In this document: one piece after another, positions 35,512 through 45,240 of the stretch | Layout: each line of letters opens with the position of its first letter | Position numbering within the stretch: position 1 is the first letter of the stretch | Virus record (IMG/VR): IMGVR_UViG_3300029305_004468 | Reading direction: 5' to 3' (one strand) | Length of the DNA: 64,000 bases | Source: a virus | Taxonomy: Duplodnaviria; Heunggongvirae; Uroviricota; Caudoviricetes | Notes under the pieces: generated by a model | What the model was told of the DNA's origin: nothing | What the model saw: only the letters and a program-made list of their open reading frames with translations | Database searches by the model: none | Made by a program: the position numbers and the translations under genes

Positions 35512-38500
35512 CTAGTCCACTACATTTGCAATGGCTAAGGATTTTTTCTTCTTTTCTATGATTTCAGAATAGGCATCCTTCTGCTTTTCCAAACCATCGA
35601 GTACATCTTGAGCTTCCTGACGGACCATATCCTCAGTCAAGTCCAAGATTGTCTGCAGATTATCTCGTTGATCTTCGTAGAATTCTTTTCTAGCTTGAGC
35701 TATTTCACGTTGCTTTTCTTTAAGGTATTCAAGACGCTCTTTTTCGGTTTTAAAATATTTAAAACTGAGCTCTTCAATCTTATCGTAGGCATCTTGTAGG
35801 ATGTCTAAAGAAGTTTTTCCGCCTTTAACCCATTTCCCGAATAAGTCGTTATCGTCAATTTTTTGTTGAGCTTTATCCCAAAGTTCATCAAGGCCATCGC
35901 GTAAATTGTCAAACATGTCAGATTTAGCATCGGCTCTATCTTCGGCCATTGTTTTGCCTGACAAATACTTCTTTTGCAGTTCGGTAATTTTTTTATAATA
36001 ACTCTCGACGCTTAACGTTCCGCGTTCGAGAGAATCTTCTAAATCTTCCGCTTCTGCATTATAAGCATCATTAGCTGCATCTTTACGTTCTTCAAGATGT
36101 TCTTTCCACTCGTCTGCATATTTTTTACGACCTTTGTAATATTCGTCTCCAAGATCTTTTAATTTTTTATAATACTGGGCTTCCGAGATAGTTCCCATCT
36201 CAAGTTTATGATCGAGAGAGTCTTTTGCTGCATCATAAGAGTCAATCCATGCCTCTCGTTGATCTTCAAGATGCTGTTTCCACTCGTCTGTATAACCTTT
36301 GCGGTCTTTATAATATTTCTTACCAAGTGCTTTTAACTTTTCATAATATTGAGCCTCGGTGATAGTACCCATCTCGAGCTTGTGGTCGAGAGAATCTTTT
36401 TTAGATTCATAGGCATCTATCCATGCTGAACGAAGTTCTTCTAGTGCAGCACGTTGCTCTTCAACGTTCTTCTTAAGAGCTTTCTTGTGCTTATCGTACA
36501 AATCTTTCAGTTTAGTGTAGTACCGAGATTCTGTAATATAGCCCATTTCAAGCTGATGTTGAAGTTTATCTAAACCGGATTCGTACTTCTTGACACTACC
36601 TTTAGTTTTTTCTTTAGTTTTTGTCGAACTACTACTACTAGTACTTATAGGTTTCCCAGTACCTGCAGAACCAAAAGTTGTATTTCCATATGCCATAGTT
36701 CCAAAATTGAATCTGTGGCGTGGAATTGTGTCGCCTATAATTCTACGAGTTTCGTCAGCAGGGTAGACTACCGCCTCGGCTGGCAAGTTAACCATTTCTG
36801 GTCCGAATTGACCGACCAAGAAAGATCTACTTTCTGATGGAATCCAAACAAGCTCAGTACCTAATTCTCCGGTAAGTGTAAGGCCACCATTTCCATTTGG
36901 ACCAAGTTTTCCGCCTTTAGCCATAGAAGGGAAATGGGTGTGAGGTCTATAATTAGTACCTTTAGCGATACTTCCACCAATGCCAAGTGTTCCGCCTTGA
37001 GCTAATTGTTTCTTTTTCTGATACAAAGCTTCGAGTTGCGCCATGGCGTTAAAATAACCTGTAACACCTACTCCGATGCGGTAATCCCCATTAAGTAACA
37101 AAGCTTGCGAGTGAAGCGAATTTAACGAAGCCGAAGTTTGAGTTTCTCCAGTATTATCTACTTGCGGCGTTATTTGCGGCGCTATCTGAAAACTCAAAGG
37201 AGAATATCCTGCAAGCACAGACGCTCCATATTGCCCAGCATAGTGCATTAAATATCCGATTTCAGATGCGAGATATTCTTGTTCTTCGCCGACTCCTGCA
37301 ATAATTCCTTGCACGTATGTTGTGCCTACTTGCTCTCCTTTGGAATTTAACTTTGGAACTTTTAAGCCTTTCGCATCAATTTCAAGAATTTCAGATAAAT
37401 CCCATTTTCCATCGGCCATAGCGGCATCAGCAACTTCTTGAAGGTAATTACCTACAGTTTCTTTACCTAAAAGTTCCGCTTTACCATCTGTTTCTATTAT
37501 AGGAGTGTATGCAATTTCGACTTCTTCTTCGCCAAACATAGCGCCAATAGAACCTCCTATAACAGTAGAGACACTTCCTAACTCTGGATCTTCTCCCCAA
37601 GAAATTAATTCGTCCTTAAATTTTTCTTTAGTCTTTTCAGACCACTCTATAATAGGACGATCGTCCATGTCTATGTTACCAAAAACAGTCTCAAGTGTTC
37701 CATCTTGGATTTTCTTATAAGCACTTTCTGAAATGTTTCCATTTTTAAAATCAGATTCAGCTTCAGCGAGTATAGCTTCTTCTTTGCTAGATGCTTCTGT
37801 AAGCATTTCGTCTAAAGTTTTACTATACTCTTCAAGAAGTTTGATATTTTCTGTACATTTTTTAGCTAATTCTTCATTGCCGGATGAACGAGCGTTTTTC
37901 CTCAGCTGTTCATAAGTGCTTAATGTGTTTTCAACATTTAGCTTAACTGCTGACACGTCTTCTTTAGTATAGGTATCTGCTGCCTGTAAAGAAACGATAT
38001 CTCCTTGAATTTCTGCAGCGTTTGTTTCGAAATTTATATCTGTAGGAATTCCGCCCATAGCTATAGTGAGCTGATCTATAGCTGAAACTACTTGCATTAT
38101 GCCATCCACTACGCGATTCGTAGGATTTGAAACATCAACATCTGTTTCTTTAGTTGAAGTATAAGAACTCCAATCGTCGCTTTCATTTGTATGAGAACCT
38201 TCTTTTATCCAGCCTTTTTCGTCAAGTTCTTCTAAAATTTCAGCCGTTTCTTCTGCAGTTCTTCCCATATAAAGCAAACGCTCTATCACAGCATCGGCAT
38301 TAACAGAAAAGCCGCCCACGCCATCTTCAGAACCTAACGCTGAATCCATACTTATGAGAGACTTGGTGACTTCGCCTATAGTTTCCTCATCAAAGAATAA
38401 AGTCAAATCTATAACTTTTACATTATCTAAATTTGCTATTTTCTTGTGAACTTCATCAACATTTAAGCCCGCTGCAGCAGCTTCCGAAGAGATAGTATCA

Positions 38501-40863
38501 TAGAATTGATACGCAGTGCCTTCGCTATCAGTCCAAACACCTTCCATTTCGCGTATAGCTGTTTCAACTTCTCCGGTGTTTGAAAGATCTATTTCTGTCC
38601 AATGTCGGGCATTATCGATCATAGAAGCGAGTAACGGTTCGCTTATATTGAGAGCATCCGCAACTTCTTTAAATTCAGAACTATCGATATCATAACTGCC
38701 GTCAGATTTAATAAGCTCTTTAAAACCACCTTTTCCATCCTCTATAAGGTTGTTTAATTCCTCTCTATTTTCAAGCAGCATAGAAAAGAACTCTGCGGTT
38801 CCTGACTTTGCATCAGTCATTACTCCAGATAAGCTTTTCATCTTGGCGTTAACTTCATCAAAGTCATAGTTCATTTCTTTGAGAGTGTCTGCACCGAGCA
38901 TTTGCTGCGCAGCCTGCCAAAATGCTTTAGTTCCGTTGCCCGCATTGTCGAAGCCGTCCATGACTTCATCATAAACTTCTCCAAATGCATTAATGCCAGT
39001 ATTGTAATCTCCGCCTTCCATTGCGGCATCAAATTCTTCTTTAGCATTGCGCGCCTCTGCCATGAGATCTTTGAGAGGATTAAAAGCCTTTTCTAAGCTT
39101 AATGCGTTTTCTTGAGCATAGTCTTTAATATTGTTAGCCTGACTACGAAGAGCTTCTGCTATTATAGGATCTACTTCTTGCCATTTGTCGGCTAAAGTAT
39201 TTAATGCGTGGACTTCAGATGTGACAGCGTCATTATATTCTTCAACTGCAGTCTTATCGCCATTCGTTTCATCAAATGCCTCTTTTGCCTGTTCTGCCTC
39301 TTCAATAACTTCTCGATAGCTAACAAGTTCTTCACTTCCTTCAAGCTTTATTTCGGAAGATACTCCCATAACTGTTTCGCCCTGATAAACCTTCTTTAAG
39401 GTGTCAGCAACAACAACTGCTTCTGCAGCCATTTCAGAAGAAGTTAAGCTTGCGTCCATTGCGATTTCTTTCAGACTTGCCTGATATCCTGAACGCAACG
39501 CTTCAGGAACACTATTTAATATAGAATCCGCGCTATCTTCTGCGACTTCGCCTAATACGGTCATTTGAGATACATATGTCGTAATATAATCAACCATAGG
39601 CTGAGCCGCTGCTTCATATTGAGCAGACGCAGTGGTTAAAGAAATTAGAGATGTTGTTAGTTCGTTAATTTTTTCAGCGTCTTCAGCGTCTGTACGATTC
39701 CAACCATTTTGCTCAATTGCTTTGGCAACAATTTCCTCTTTTTGAGCAGCAATCTCACGAAGCTGTTCTAAAGATGCTGTTTCGAAATCGACTTCTTCGC
39801 CTATAGCTTGAGTGACTATATCACTAACTTCGCCACCAGTTCTGTGTCCACTTCTGCCGTAATAGTGCCCAGTTTCTTGAGCGTCTCCAACTGCATCTCG
39901 AACTTTGCCGCCTTCTTCTTTCATGCTTTCTCTAACATCTTTAAGATTTTCCTGAATACCTTTCTGAATGTCAGAACCCATAGCCAGATAGGAAAGGGTA
40001 GCATTTTTAGCATACTCCTCCTGAAGTTTTATACCTTGTTCGATAGCGCTATTTCTGTCAACAATAGCGTTGCCTTCGATGGTGTAACCCTTAACTAAGT
40101 CAGGATTTATGGCAACTAATTCAGATACTATTTCATTATAACGAGCGTATTGATCTGCACTGAGACCAATATTTTCACCGCTAGCATTTACGCCTTTTGA
40201 GAGCGTTTCAAATTCGTCTGCTACTGAATTTATGTTTTTAATATTTCCTTCAGAAGTCTCGAGCGCGTCATTATAGTTGTTGACTGCTTCTTCCATTTTG
40301 GAAATTTTAGTCTCCGCTGTTAAAGCGTGTTTGTCGTCTAGATAGTTCCAAAGCTTTGAAATACCATTTATTACTAAGCCAACAAGGGCAGCCATACCTA
40401 AATTCATGCCCATTGCCTTCATAGAATTAGACAGACCTTTAAATGACTCTGCAGCTTTCTGATTTGAAATTATCTGTTTCCGTTGCTCTTTAGCATAGTC
40501 AGAGATTTGTTTGCGGTTCTCTCCAAGATTTTTAACCGATTTTTTTTGTGCTTCCTCTAAATTAGATTCTGCAACAATGTTTGCACTCATAGTTTCTGCT
40601 AACCGTTTAGCGTTATCTGTACATCCATTCATTGCAGCCGCGCGGCCTGCTTCGGCTTCTGCATGTGTAATCGTTCCAAGAGTTAACTCTTTATTTATAT
40701 TTGCAACTTCCTTAAGTCCCGCTACGTCACTTTTAAGGGCAGTTCTATCTTGATATGCATTTGTACGTGCTTGAGTTTTTCTTGCATTCCATGCAGATTG
40801 AACTACAGTACTTATATCTCCAGTTTTTGCATCTGTTATTTTTTCTGCTGTTTTAAATATCAA
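35512..40863 (-). CDS. very large tape-measure-like protein (TMP2, 1783 aa) with C-terminal tandem repeats of about 39 aa
   Basis: TTG start. Long coiled-coil composition with a hydrophobic segment MGMNLGMAALVGLVINGISKLW near residue 150. Repeats SLDHKLEMGTI(T/S)EAQYY.KLK.LG..YYK.RK.Y.DEWK.HLE occur three to four times (nt about 36000-36560). Confidence 0.5.
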   Translation of the reverse strand: MIFKTAEKITDAKTGDISTVVQSAWNARKTQARTNAYQDRTALKSDVAGLKEVANINKELTLGTITHAEAEAGRAAAMNGCTDNAKRLAETMSANIVAESNLEEAQKKSVKNLGENRKQISDYAKEQRKQIISNQKAAESFKGLSNSMKAMGMNLGMAALVGLVINGISKLWNYLDDKHALTAETKISKMEEAVNNYNDALETSEGNIKNINSVADEFETLSKGVNASGENIGLSADQYARYNEIVSELVAINPDLVKGYTIEGNAIVDRNSAIEQGIKLQEEYAKNATLSYLAMGSDIQKGIQENLKDVRESMKEEGGKVRDAVGDAQETGHYYGRSGHRTGGEVSDIVTQAIGEEVDFETASLEQLREIAAQKEEIVAKAIEQNGWNRTDAEDAEKINELTTSLISLTTASAQYEAAAQPMVDYITTYVSQMTVLGEVAEDSADSILNSVPEALRSGYQASLKEIAMDASLTSSEMAAEAVVVADTLKKVYQGETVMGVSSEIKLEGSEELVSYREVIEEAEQAKEAFDETNGDKTAVEEYNDAVTSEVHALNTLADKWQEVDPIIAEALRSQANNIKDYAQENALSLEKAFNPLKDLMAEARNAKEEFDAAMEGGDYNTGINAFGEVYDEVMDGFDNAGNGTKAFWQAAQQMLGADTLKEMNYDFDEVNAKMKSLSGVMTDAKSGTAEFFSMLLENREELNNLIEDGKGGFKELIKSDGSYDIDSSEFKEVADALNISEPLLASMIDNARHWTEIDLSNTGEVETAIREMEGVWTDSEGTAYQFYDTISSEAAAAGLNVDEVHKKIANLDNVKVIDLTLFFDEETIGEVTKSLISMDSALGSEDGVGGFSVNADAVIERLLYMGRTAEETAEILEELDEKGWIKEGSHTNESDDWSSYTSTKETDVDVSNPTNRVVDGIMQVVSAIDQLTIAMGGIPTDINFETNAAEIQGDIVSLQAADTYTKEDVSAVKLNVENTLSTYEQLRKNARSSGNEELAKKCTENIKLLEEYSKTLDEMLTEASSKEEAILAEAESDFKNGNISESAYKKIQDGTLETVFGNIDMDDRPIIEWSEKTKEKFKDELISWGEDPELGSVSTVIGGSIGAMFGEEEVEIAYTPIIETDGKAELLGKETVGNYLQEVADAAMADGKWDLSEILEIDAKGLKVPKLNSKGEQVGTTYVQGIIAGVGEEQEYLASEIGYLMHYAGQYGASVLAGYSPLSFQIAPQITPQVDNTGETQTSASLNSLHSQALLLNGDYRIGVGVTGYFNAMAQLEALYQKKKQLAQGGTLGIGGSIAKGTNYRPHTHFPSMAKGGKLGPNGNGGLTLTGELGTELVWIPSESRSFLVGQFGPEMVNLPAEAVVYPADETRRIIGDTIPRHRFNFGTMAYGNTTFGSAGTGKPISTSSSSSTKTKEKTKGSVKKYESGLDKLQHQLEMGYITESRYYTKLKDLYDKHKKALKKNVEEQRAALEELRSAWIDAYESKKDSLDHKLEMGTITEAQYYEKLKALGKKYYKDRKGYTDEWKQHLEDQREAWIDSYDAAKDSLDHKLEMGTISEAQYYKKLKDLGDEYYKGRKKYADEWKEHLEERKDAANDAYNAEAEDLEDSLERGTLSVESYYKKITELQKKYLSGKTMAEDRADAKSDMFDNLRDGLDELWDKAQQKIDDNDLFGKWVKGGKTSLDILQDAYDKIEELSFKYFKTEKERLEYLKEKQREIAQARKEFYEDQRDNLQTILDLTEDMVRQEAQDVLDGLEKQKDAYSEIIEKKKKSLAIANVVD

Positions 40864-41011
40864 TCTGTTACTTCATAAACGATAATCAGTCGTTTATTTA
40901 ATGACCATAATTTAGTATTTTGAACTATAAGCGGTGTCTAAACCCTTTACAGTTGTATTGTTTTTGAAGCATGCGTTTGCTACAATAATAAACAAAAAGA
41001 GAGGTGTAGAC

Positions 41012-41542
41012 ATGCCGATTAAAGATACAAGAATTTTTTTATGTCCAGTATGCGGCTGGATAGTTACAGAAGATGCAAATCAACCTGGTGGGCTGAGTCC
41101 TGAACATATCTGTCCATATTGTAAGTTTGAAATGACTCAAACTGAAAAAAGATGGATAGATTTCGCTATAGCAGAATATCCCGATGGAAGGTGTAAGTGG
41201 TTAGGAGTCTATGACGCCGAAGCTTTAATCCGTGAAGAGTATTTCTTTATCCCTGAAAATGAACTTTTCAACGAGGAAAAATATAACAACAGAATAAGAG
41301 GAAATCGTGACGAAAAACGTACAGAATGTAAGACTCCTCTTGAAATGTATGAATGGCGTAAAGAGAAAGATCAATATAAACCAAAGCCTAATCTTGGCGT
41401 TCGCAACCCTTCTCACAACGATCCGCAAAAGAAAGTTTCTACGGTCGGTCGTGGAATTCTTGGTGGTATCCTTGCCGGTCCAGTGGGCGCGGTTGTCGGT
41501 GCGGCGAGTGCTATTGACAAGAACATGAAGGATAAGAAGTAA
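41012..41542 (+). CDS. zinc-ribbon protein with a C-terminal glycine-zipper membrane segment (176 aa)
   Basis: CPVCG...CPYC zinc ribbon at the N-terminus. GRGILGGILAGPVGAVVGAASAI at the C-terminus. ATG 41012 follows the SD GAGAGGTG. Transcribed opposite to the surrounding late genes. Confidence 0.4.
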   Translation: MPIKDTRIFLCPVCGWIVTEDANQPGGLSPEHICPYCKFEMTQTEKRWIDFAIAEYPDGRCKWLGVYDAEALIREEYFFIPENELFNEEKYNNRIRGNRDEKRTECKTPLEMYEWRKEKDQYKPKPNLGVRNPSHNDPQKKVSTVGRGILGGILAGPVGAVVGAASAIDKNMKDKK

Positions 41543-41545
41543 TTT

Positions 41546-41956
41546 ATGCTAAATCAAATCCAACTTAAAATGCTCGAAGAAGTTCAGCGATGGAATGAAG
41601 ATGTTCAAAAACCTATCACATTCCCAGAACTAACCAGCTGGTGCTCGAGCTATAAAATCGCAGATTTTTATGAGGCGCGTCCGCTTTTGATAAAACTTAT
41701 CAAAGAGGATTATTTAAAATGCGGCTCGACAAATCAAGTTGACTTTATAAGCCCTCTTACAATTACTAGAAAAGGGAAGAGGGCACTATCTAAAGCGAAT
41801 CCTTCCAAGTTGAGAAAAGCGTGGAAACTTTTATCTAATAAGACTAAAGTTCTAGTTTCTATAGTAAGTTTGGCTATTGTAGAAGAAGTCATTTCCCAAT
41901 TACTTACTCAACACTGGGGCGTAATAATCGGGACCATTATAAAATTAGTGAATTAA
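41546..41956 (+). CDS. hypothetical protein with a C-terminal TM helix (136 aa), possibly winged-helix-like
   Basis: ATG 4 nt after the upstream stop. C-terminal VLVSIVSLAIVEEVISQLL...GVIIGTIIKLV hydrophobic region. Basic central region. Confidence 0.3.
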   Translation: MLNQIQLKMLEEVQRWNEDVQKPITFPELTSWCSSYKIADFYEARPLLIKLIKEDYLKCGSTNQVDFISPLTITRKGKRALSKANPSKLRKAWKLLSNKTKVLVSIVSLAIVEEVISQLLTQHWGVIIGTIIKLVN

Positions 41957-42326
41957 ACACATAGTATATAGCTGCACTTAACAAGCCACCTAAAGCAAAG
42001 CACAGAAGATTTTCTATATTGCGCTTTCTTTTTTCGCTCAGTATATTCACTTTAACCAAGCTTTGTAAATTTTTTGCGGTTTCTTGCATAGAAGCAGTCT
42101 GTTTTTGTGCTTCTTTTAGCATCTTTTTATAAAAAGCGCTAGTTGCATCTTCAGGAGTGATAGTCCAACTATCGTATCTGCCTGCTTGAGCAGAAGTTAT
42201 CATATTATTATCGAGCATATATTTGCGGATTTTCGCCGCTTTGATGGCATCCGAATTCATATGAGATGTATCGAAATCTAACTGGATTTGTTCGATTTCG
42301 GCCATCTTACCTGTAAGGTCGTACAT
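41937..42326 (-). CDS. hypothetical protein with a C-terminal TM helix (129 aa), lysis-region accessory
   Basis: Follows the amidase gene on the - strand. C-terminal LLCFALGGLLSAAIYYVF. Confidence 0.3.
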   Translation of the reverse strand: MYDLTGKMAEIEQIQLDFDTSHMNSDAIKAAKIRKYMLDNNMITSAQAGRYDSWTITPEDATSAFYKKMLKEAQKQTASMQETAKNLQSLVKVNILSEKRKRNIENLLCFALGGLLSAAIYYVFNSLIL

Positions 42327-42350
42327 GTTTAAACTCCTTTCAGTAGTGCG

Positions 42351-42587
42351 CTAAAGATCGACAACATTTATATATGTAGTCTTATTAGTGTCTAATGATA
42401 AGAGTTGCCTATAAGATGTTTCGATGATTTCATCCTTCAACGCCAGACAGGTGAGTTCTACAGTTCCATTGTCAAGCAGATTGGCTTGTGTGATTTTAAC
42501 ACTGTCAAAACAATCTCTTTGTTCTGGTAATATTTTGTTATAAATCTCGTCTGGTTTTATACAGAGTTTGAATTGATAATTTTTCAT
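42351..42587 (-). CDS. small hypothetical protein (78 aa)
   Basis: Short ORF downstream of the amidase. Low confidence. Confidence 0.25.
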   Translation of the reverse strand: MKNYQFKLCIKPDEIYNKILPEQRDCFDSVKITQANLLDNGTVELTCLALKDEIIETSYRQLLSLDTNKTTYINVVDL

Positions 42588-42799
42588 TTAAGCTCCTTTT
42601 CTCTTTATAGACACATAAAAAAGCAGGGCATAAAACCCTGCTTTTATTGTGTTCAAAAAATAAGAAAACCCCGACACAGTATAATTTATGGGAAAAGCGG
42701 TACTAACAAAGTCGAAGTTTTCTAAGATGTTATTAAGTGTTTTCGTTGGTTGCGAATTAAATTAATTATACACCAAACACTATAGACAATCAAGCAAGT

Positions 42800-43765
42800 C
42801 TACAGTTTGCTATTGACATATTTCTGCCAACCCATAACTGTCGCTTTACCCATAATTCCATCAATCTTTCCAGCGTAAAAACCTTTGTTTTTCAGGAATT
42901 TCTGCATTGCAGTAACGGTCTGTTTTCCAGCTTTGCCGTCCTGTTTAACTTTGACAAGCTTCTGAATAGCTTTAATTACAGGAGAGCCCTTTGTGCTCAC
43001 TTTAGCAAAAGTCCAACTTGAAGTCTGTGCATTAGGCAAATATTTTCTACATGAAGTAAGCTGACCTGTTACTTTGACAACTTGAGCTATGCCGAGAGCT
43101 TTACAAGTTGCTTTAGTTGTTCCTTGTCCCCAAAGTCCATCGACAGAAATCTTATTGCTCTTTGGTTTCGAAACAGTACCTGTGACAACCTGCTTAATTT
43201 CTTCAGTATCATCTTCAGGAACATATTTCAATCCGGAATATGAACAAATTGCTCTAGCCACAGCTTCGCCGTACAATTTTGGCTTATCTCTCAATATAGC
43301 AAGGTCACCCTTAATTGAACCAGTTTCCAATACGCAAGCAACCATATCTGTCTTGTTAAGTTCGTGGAGATTAGTACGTTTAACCACCTGACGAGTCTTC
43401 ATGCCCAAAGTAGCCATTACTTCTTTATTGATAGCAACGCCAAGCTCTCTTCCCTTAGCGGAAAGGTAAAGTGGCATAACTCCAGCAGGAGCTTTATACC
43501 AGTCGCAATGGAATGACAAGAACAACTGAACATTATTCTTATTTGCAAGCTTAACCTGCTCGATCATGTTGATGTTATTTGAATCAAATGCATCAGTAAT
43601 TACTGTAGCTCCACAGCGTCTTAATGCCAAAACAGTACTCTGAGTTATTGGCAACATAAGGGCAGCTTCTGTGTATCCTTTATATGTACAACCCGGATCC
43701 CATGAACCATTTTGAGATTTGCCGTGACCGCAAAATATTGCAAATTTAAAATCTTTCTTAGCCAT
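42800..43765 (-). CDS. N-acetylmuramoyl-L-alanine amidase endolysin (Amidase_3-type catalytic domain plus two C-terminal cell-wall-binding repeats)
   Basis: N-terminus FAIFCGHGKSQNGSWDPGC...E resembles MurNAc-LAA. Two repeats of about 45 aa at the C-terminus (KLVKVKQDGKAGKQTVTAMQKFLKNKGFYAGKIDGIMGKATVMGWQKY). Sits in the lysis cassette. Confidence 0.55.
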   Translation of the reverse strand: MAKKDFKFAIFCGHGKSQNGSWDPGCTYKGYTEAALMLPITQSTVLALRRCGATVITDAFDSNNINMIEQVKLANKNNVQLFLSFHCDWYKAPAGVMPLYLSAKGRELGVAINKEVMATLGMKTRQVVKRTNLHELNKTDMVACVLETGSIKGDLAILRDKPKLYGEAVARAICSYSGLKYVPEDDTEEIKQVVTGTVSKPKSNKISVDGLWGQGTTKATCKALGIAQVVKVTGQLTSCRKYLPNAQTSSWTFAKVSTKGSPVIKAIQKLVKVKQDGKAGKQTVTAMQKFLKNKGFYAGKIDGIMGKATVMGWQKYVNSKL

Positions 43766-43776
43766 AATATCACTCC

Positions 43777-44511
43777 TTAGACATTGATGTGAACTGATGT
43801 GCCCATGCCTGAGGTATTACAGTAAGAATATTTAGCGCCTAAAGCATAAGCTTTTGCTTTAACTTTATTTCTTCCAGCAGCCGTACCGCAAATGCCTGGA
43901 ATGTAAATGTCCACAGCTTTGCCGCTCTTGTGTGTAGAATTAGGAACGCCGCCAACATTCGCATTGTGTTTAGTGCATCTAATTCCGCTACGGATTGTTA
44001 TAGGCTTTTTGTAATAAGCTCTTAACGCTTCGAGAATGTCGATAAGCTTCTGGCTCATTTCTACTGGATATCCGTTGCAATATCTGCCACACTTGCATCT
44101 GAATTCTGAGCGCTTAAAATTCTTGGAATATTTTCCATCGACAGCTTTAGCGACTGTGCTTGCTTTTGCGACTGTCTGCATTTTAAGTCCTAACGCGGCA
44201 TATGTTTTTGGCCCAGCAATTCCATCGGCACTTAAGCCTTTTTTCTTCTGGAACTCTTTAATTGCGGCGATAGTCTTATCTCCGATAATTCCGTCAGCTT
44301 CAACTCCGAGCTTTTTCTGCAGCGCCTTAATCACCGAAATAAGCTTAGCATTACTTTTCGATCCGTAGATGCCATCGTCTGAAAGACCATGGTCTGCTTG
44401 GAACTCTTTAACTGCTGTTGTGAGTTTCACACTCTTTTTTCCGTTTACAGAGCCCGTAAAGTATCCGTTATAATGTTTGAGATTTCGTTGATATTGCTTA
44501 ACAGTTAGCAT
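43777..44511 (-). CDS. peptidase M15 (VanY / L-Ala-D-Glu endopeptidase-like) endolysin with two N-terminal PG_binding_1-like repeats
   Basis: SGIRCTKHNANVGGVPNSTHKSGKAVDIY matches the M15 signature SG.R....N...GG...S.H..G.A.D. Two repeats of the form AVKEFQ...GLSADGI.G..T. Confidence 0.55.
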   Translation of the reverse strand: MLTVKQYQRNLKHYNGYFTGSVNGKKSVKLTTAVKEFQADHGLSDDGIYGSKSNAKLISVIKALQKKLGVEADGIIGDKTIAAIKEFQKKKGLSADGIAGPKTYAALGLKMQTVAKASTVAKAVDGKYSKNFKRSEFRCKCGRYCNGYPVEMSQKLIDILEALRAYYKKPITIRSGIRCTKHNANVGGVPNSTHKSGKAVDIYIPGICGTAAGRNKVKAKAYALGAKYSYCNTSGMGTSVHINV

Positions 44512-44804
44512 TACGCCACCTCGTCTTCGTCAACTTCTTCTCCGTCTTCTATAAAGTCGGTCTTAAGAGCTATCAATGTTTCCTGTGCATATTTCGCTTT
44601 TTCAGTTACATTGTTATTCTTCCACCAAACCCATAATCCTGAGATGGCCGATGCAGCATAAGTAGCAAGCTCTGTGAATACGCTTTCGTCAAACGGAATT
44701 GGATTCATTCCTTTAGCTGTGAGTACTGCATTGATTGCGAAAACGATCGTAACTATGAGTCTTATAAAAGCCATCAAAGTTTCGTTACTTTTCATGTTCG
44801 TCAT
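44511..44804 (-). CDS. holin-like small membrane protein (97 aa, two TM segments, acidic C-terminus)
   Basis: Immediately upstream of the endolysins with an ATGA overlap. TM segments LMAFIRLIVTIVFAINAVL and AASAISGLWVWW. SD AGGAGG. Confidence 0.4.
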   Translation of the reverse strand: MTNMKSNETLMAFIRLIVTIVFAINAVLTAKGMNPIPFDESVFTELATYAASAISGLWVWWKNNNVTEKAKYAQETLIALKTDFIEDGEEVDEDEVA

Positions 44805-44823
44805 CTTTATAACCTCCTAACTA

Positions 44824-44895
44824 AAATAAAAAAGCCTCGCATAAGCGAAGCTCTAGCTTTAACAAATTAAAAAATCCCGCCAAATGGCAGGAATG
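44824..44895 (-). terminator. two tandem rho-independent terminator-like hairpins upstream of the holin gene
   Basis: On the - strand: CCUGCC-auuu-GGCGGG followed by AUUUUUU (+44868-44895), then GCUUCGC-uuau-GCGAGGC followed by UUUUUU (+44824-44858). Confidence 0.45.
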
Positions 44896-45240
44896 TGATT
44901 AACCTCAAAAGAGGGTTTACTAAATTATGGCGGGAAGGTACTTCAACCTTCCTCTGCGGATTTCGCCGCAGTTCAGACTGTCTATTACTGGCTGACAAGA
45001 CCAGAACCCCTTTACAGTCGTTGAACCTGCCCCATGCTACAAAAAGTAGGGTAGGGGATTGGCTGCTGATTGAACATTTACATGAGGGTTAGCACCGCTA
45101 AAGCGGCTTTTATCTCAGCATACCTCATCTCACATGTTTTTTCTGAGTTTCCTCACTCTCACGTATGTCGTTTCCAACTCCGCTTTAGTTTGTGAGCTTT
45201 AGTTTTTTCCAGCAATTTAAGGGTTTGCCATAGCGGGTGA
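44896..45240 (-). ncRNA. group I intron-like ribozyme core (element A) directly 3' of the TMP1 stop
   Basis: On the - strand, in 5'-3' order, with + coordinates in brackets. Hairpin AUAGCGG-ccuaaucac-CCGCUAU overlapping the TMP1 stop. P-like AAAUUGCUGGAAAAAA (45224-45204), consensus AAUUGCGGGAAA. Extended P5 region. Q-like AAUCAGCAGCC (45072-45056), consensus AAUCCGCAGC. R-like GGUUCAACGACUGUAAAG (45026-45013). P8 hairpin CUGG-ucuugucag-CCAG. S-like AAUAGACAGUCUGAAC (44981-44971). P9 hairpins CUGCGG-cgaaau-CCGCAG and GGAAGGU-ugaagu-ACCUUCC. Confidence 0.45.

Noticed and set aside
40905-44930. 13-bp perfect inverted repeat, as possible ends of a transposon or invertible segment.
   Set aside because: A single 13-mer match in 64 kb of AT-rich DNA is expected by chance many times. 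No transposase lies inside the segment. It is kept only as a low-weight observation linked to the intron-like similarity.
44868-44935. tRNA-like appearance: TCCCGCC ... GGCGGGA inverted 7-mers and a GGAAGGT/ACCTTCC hairpin.
   Set aside because: The 7-mers are in the wrong order for an acceptor stem. The hairpin has a 7-bp stem and a 6-nt loop, with no D-arm or T-arm. It is better explained as a terminator hairpin plus a P9-like hairpin of the intron-like element.
44895-45092. + strand ORF of 65 aa in the TMP1-to-holin intergenic region.
   Set aside because: It lies within the structured RNA element, has no SD, and is on the opposite strand to the operon. Judged spurious.
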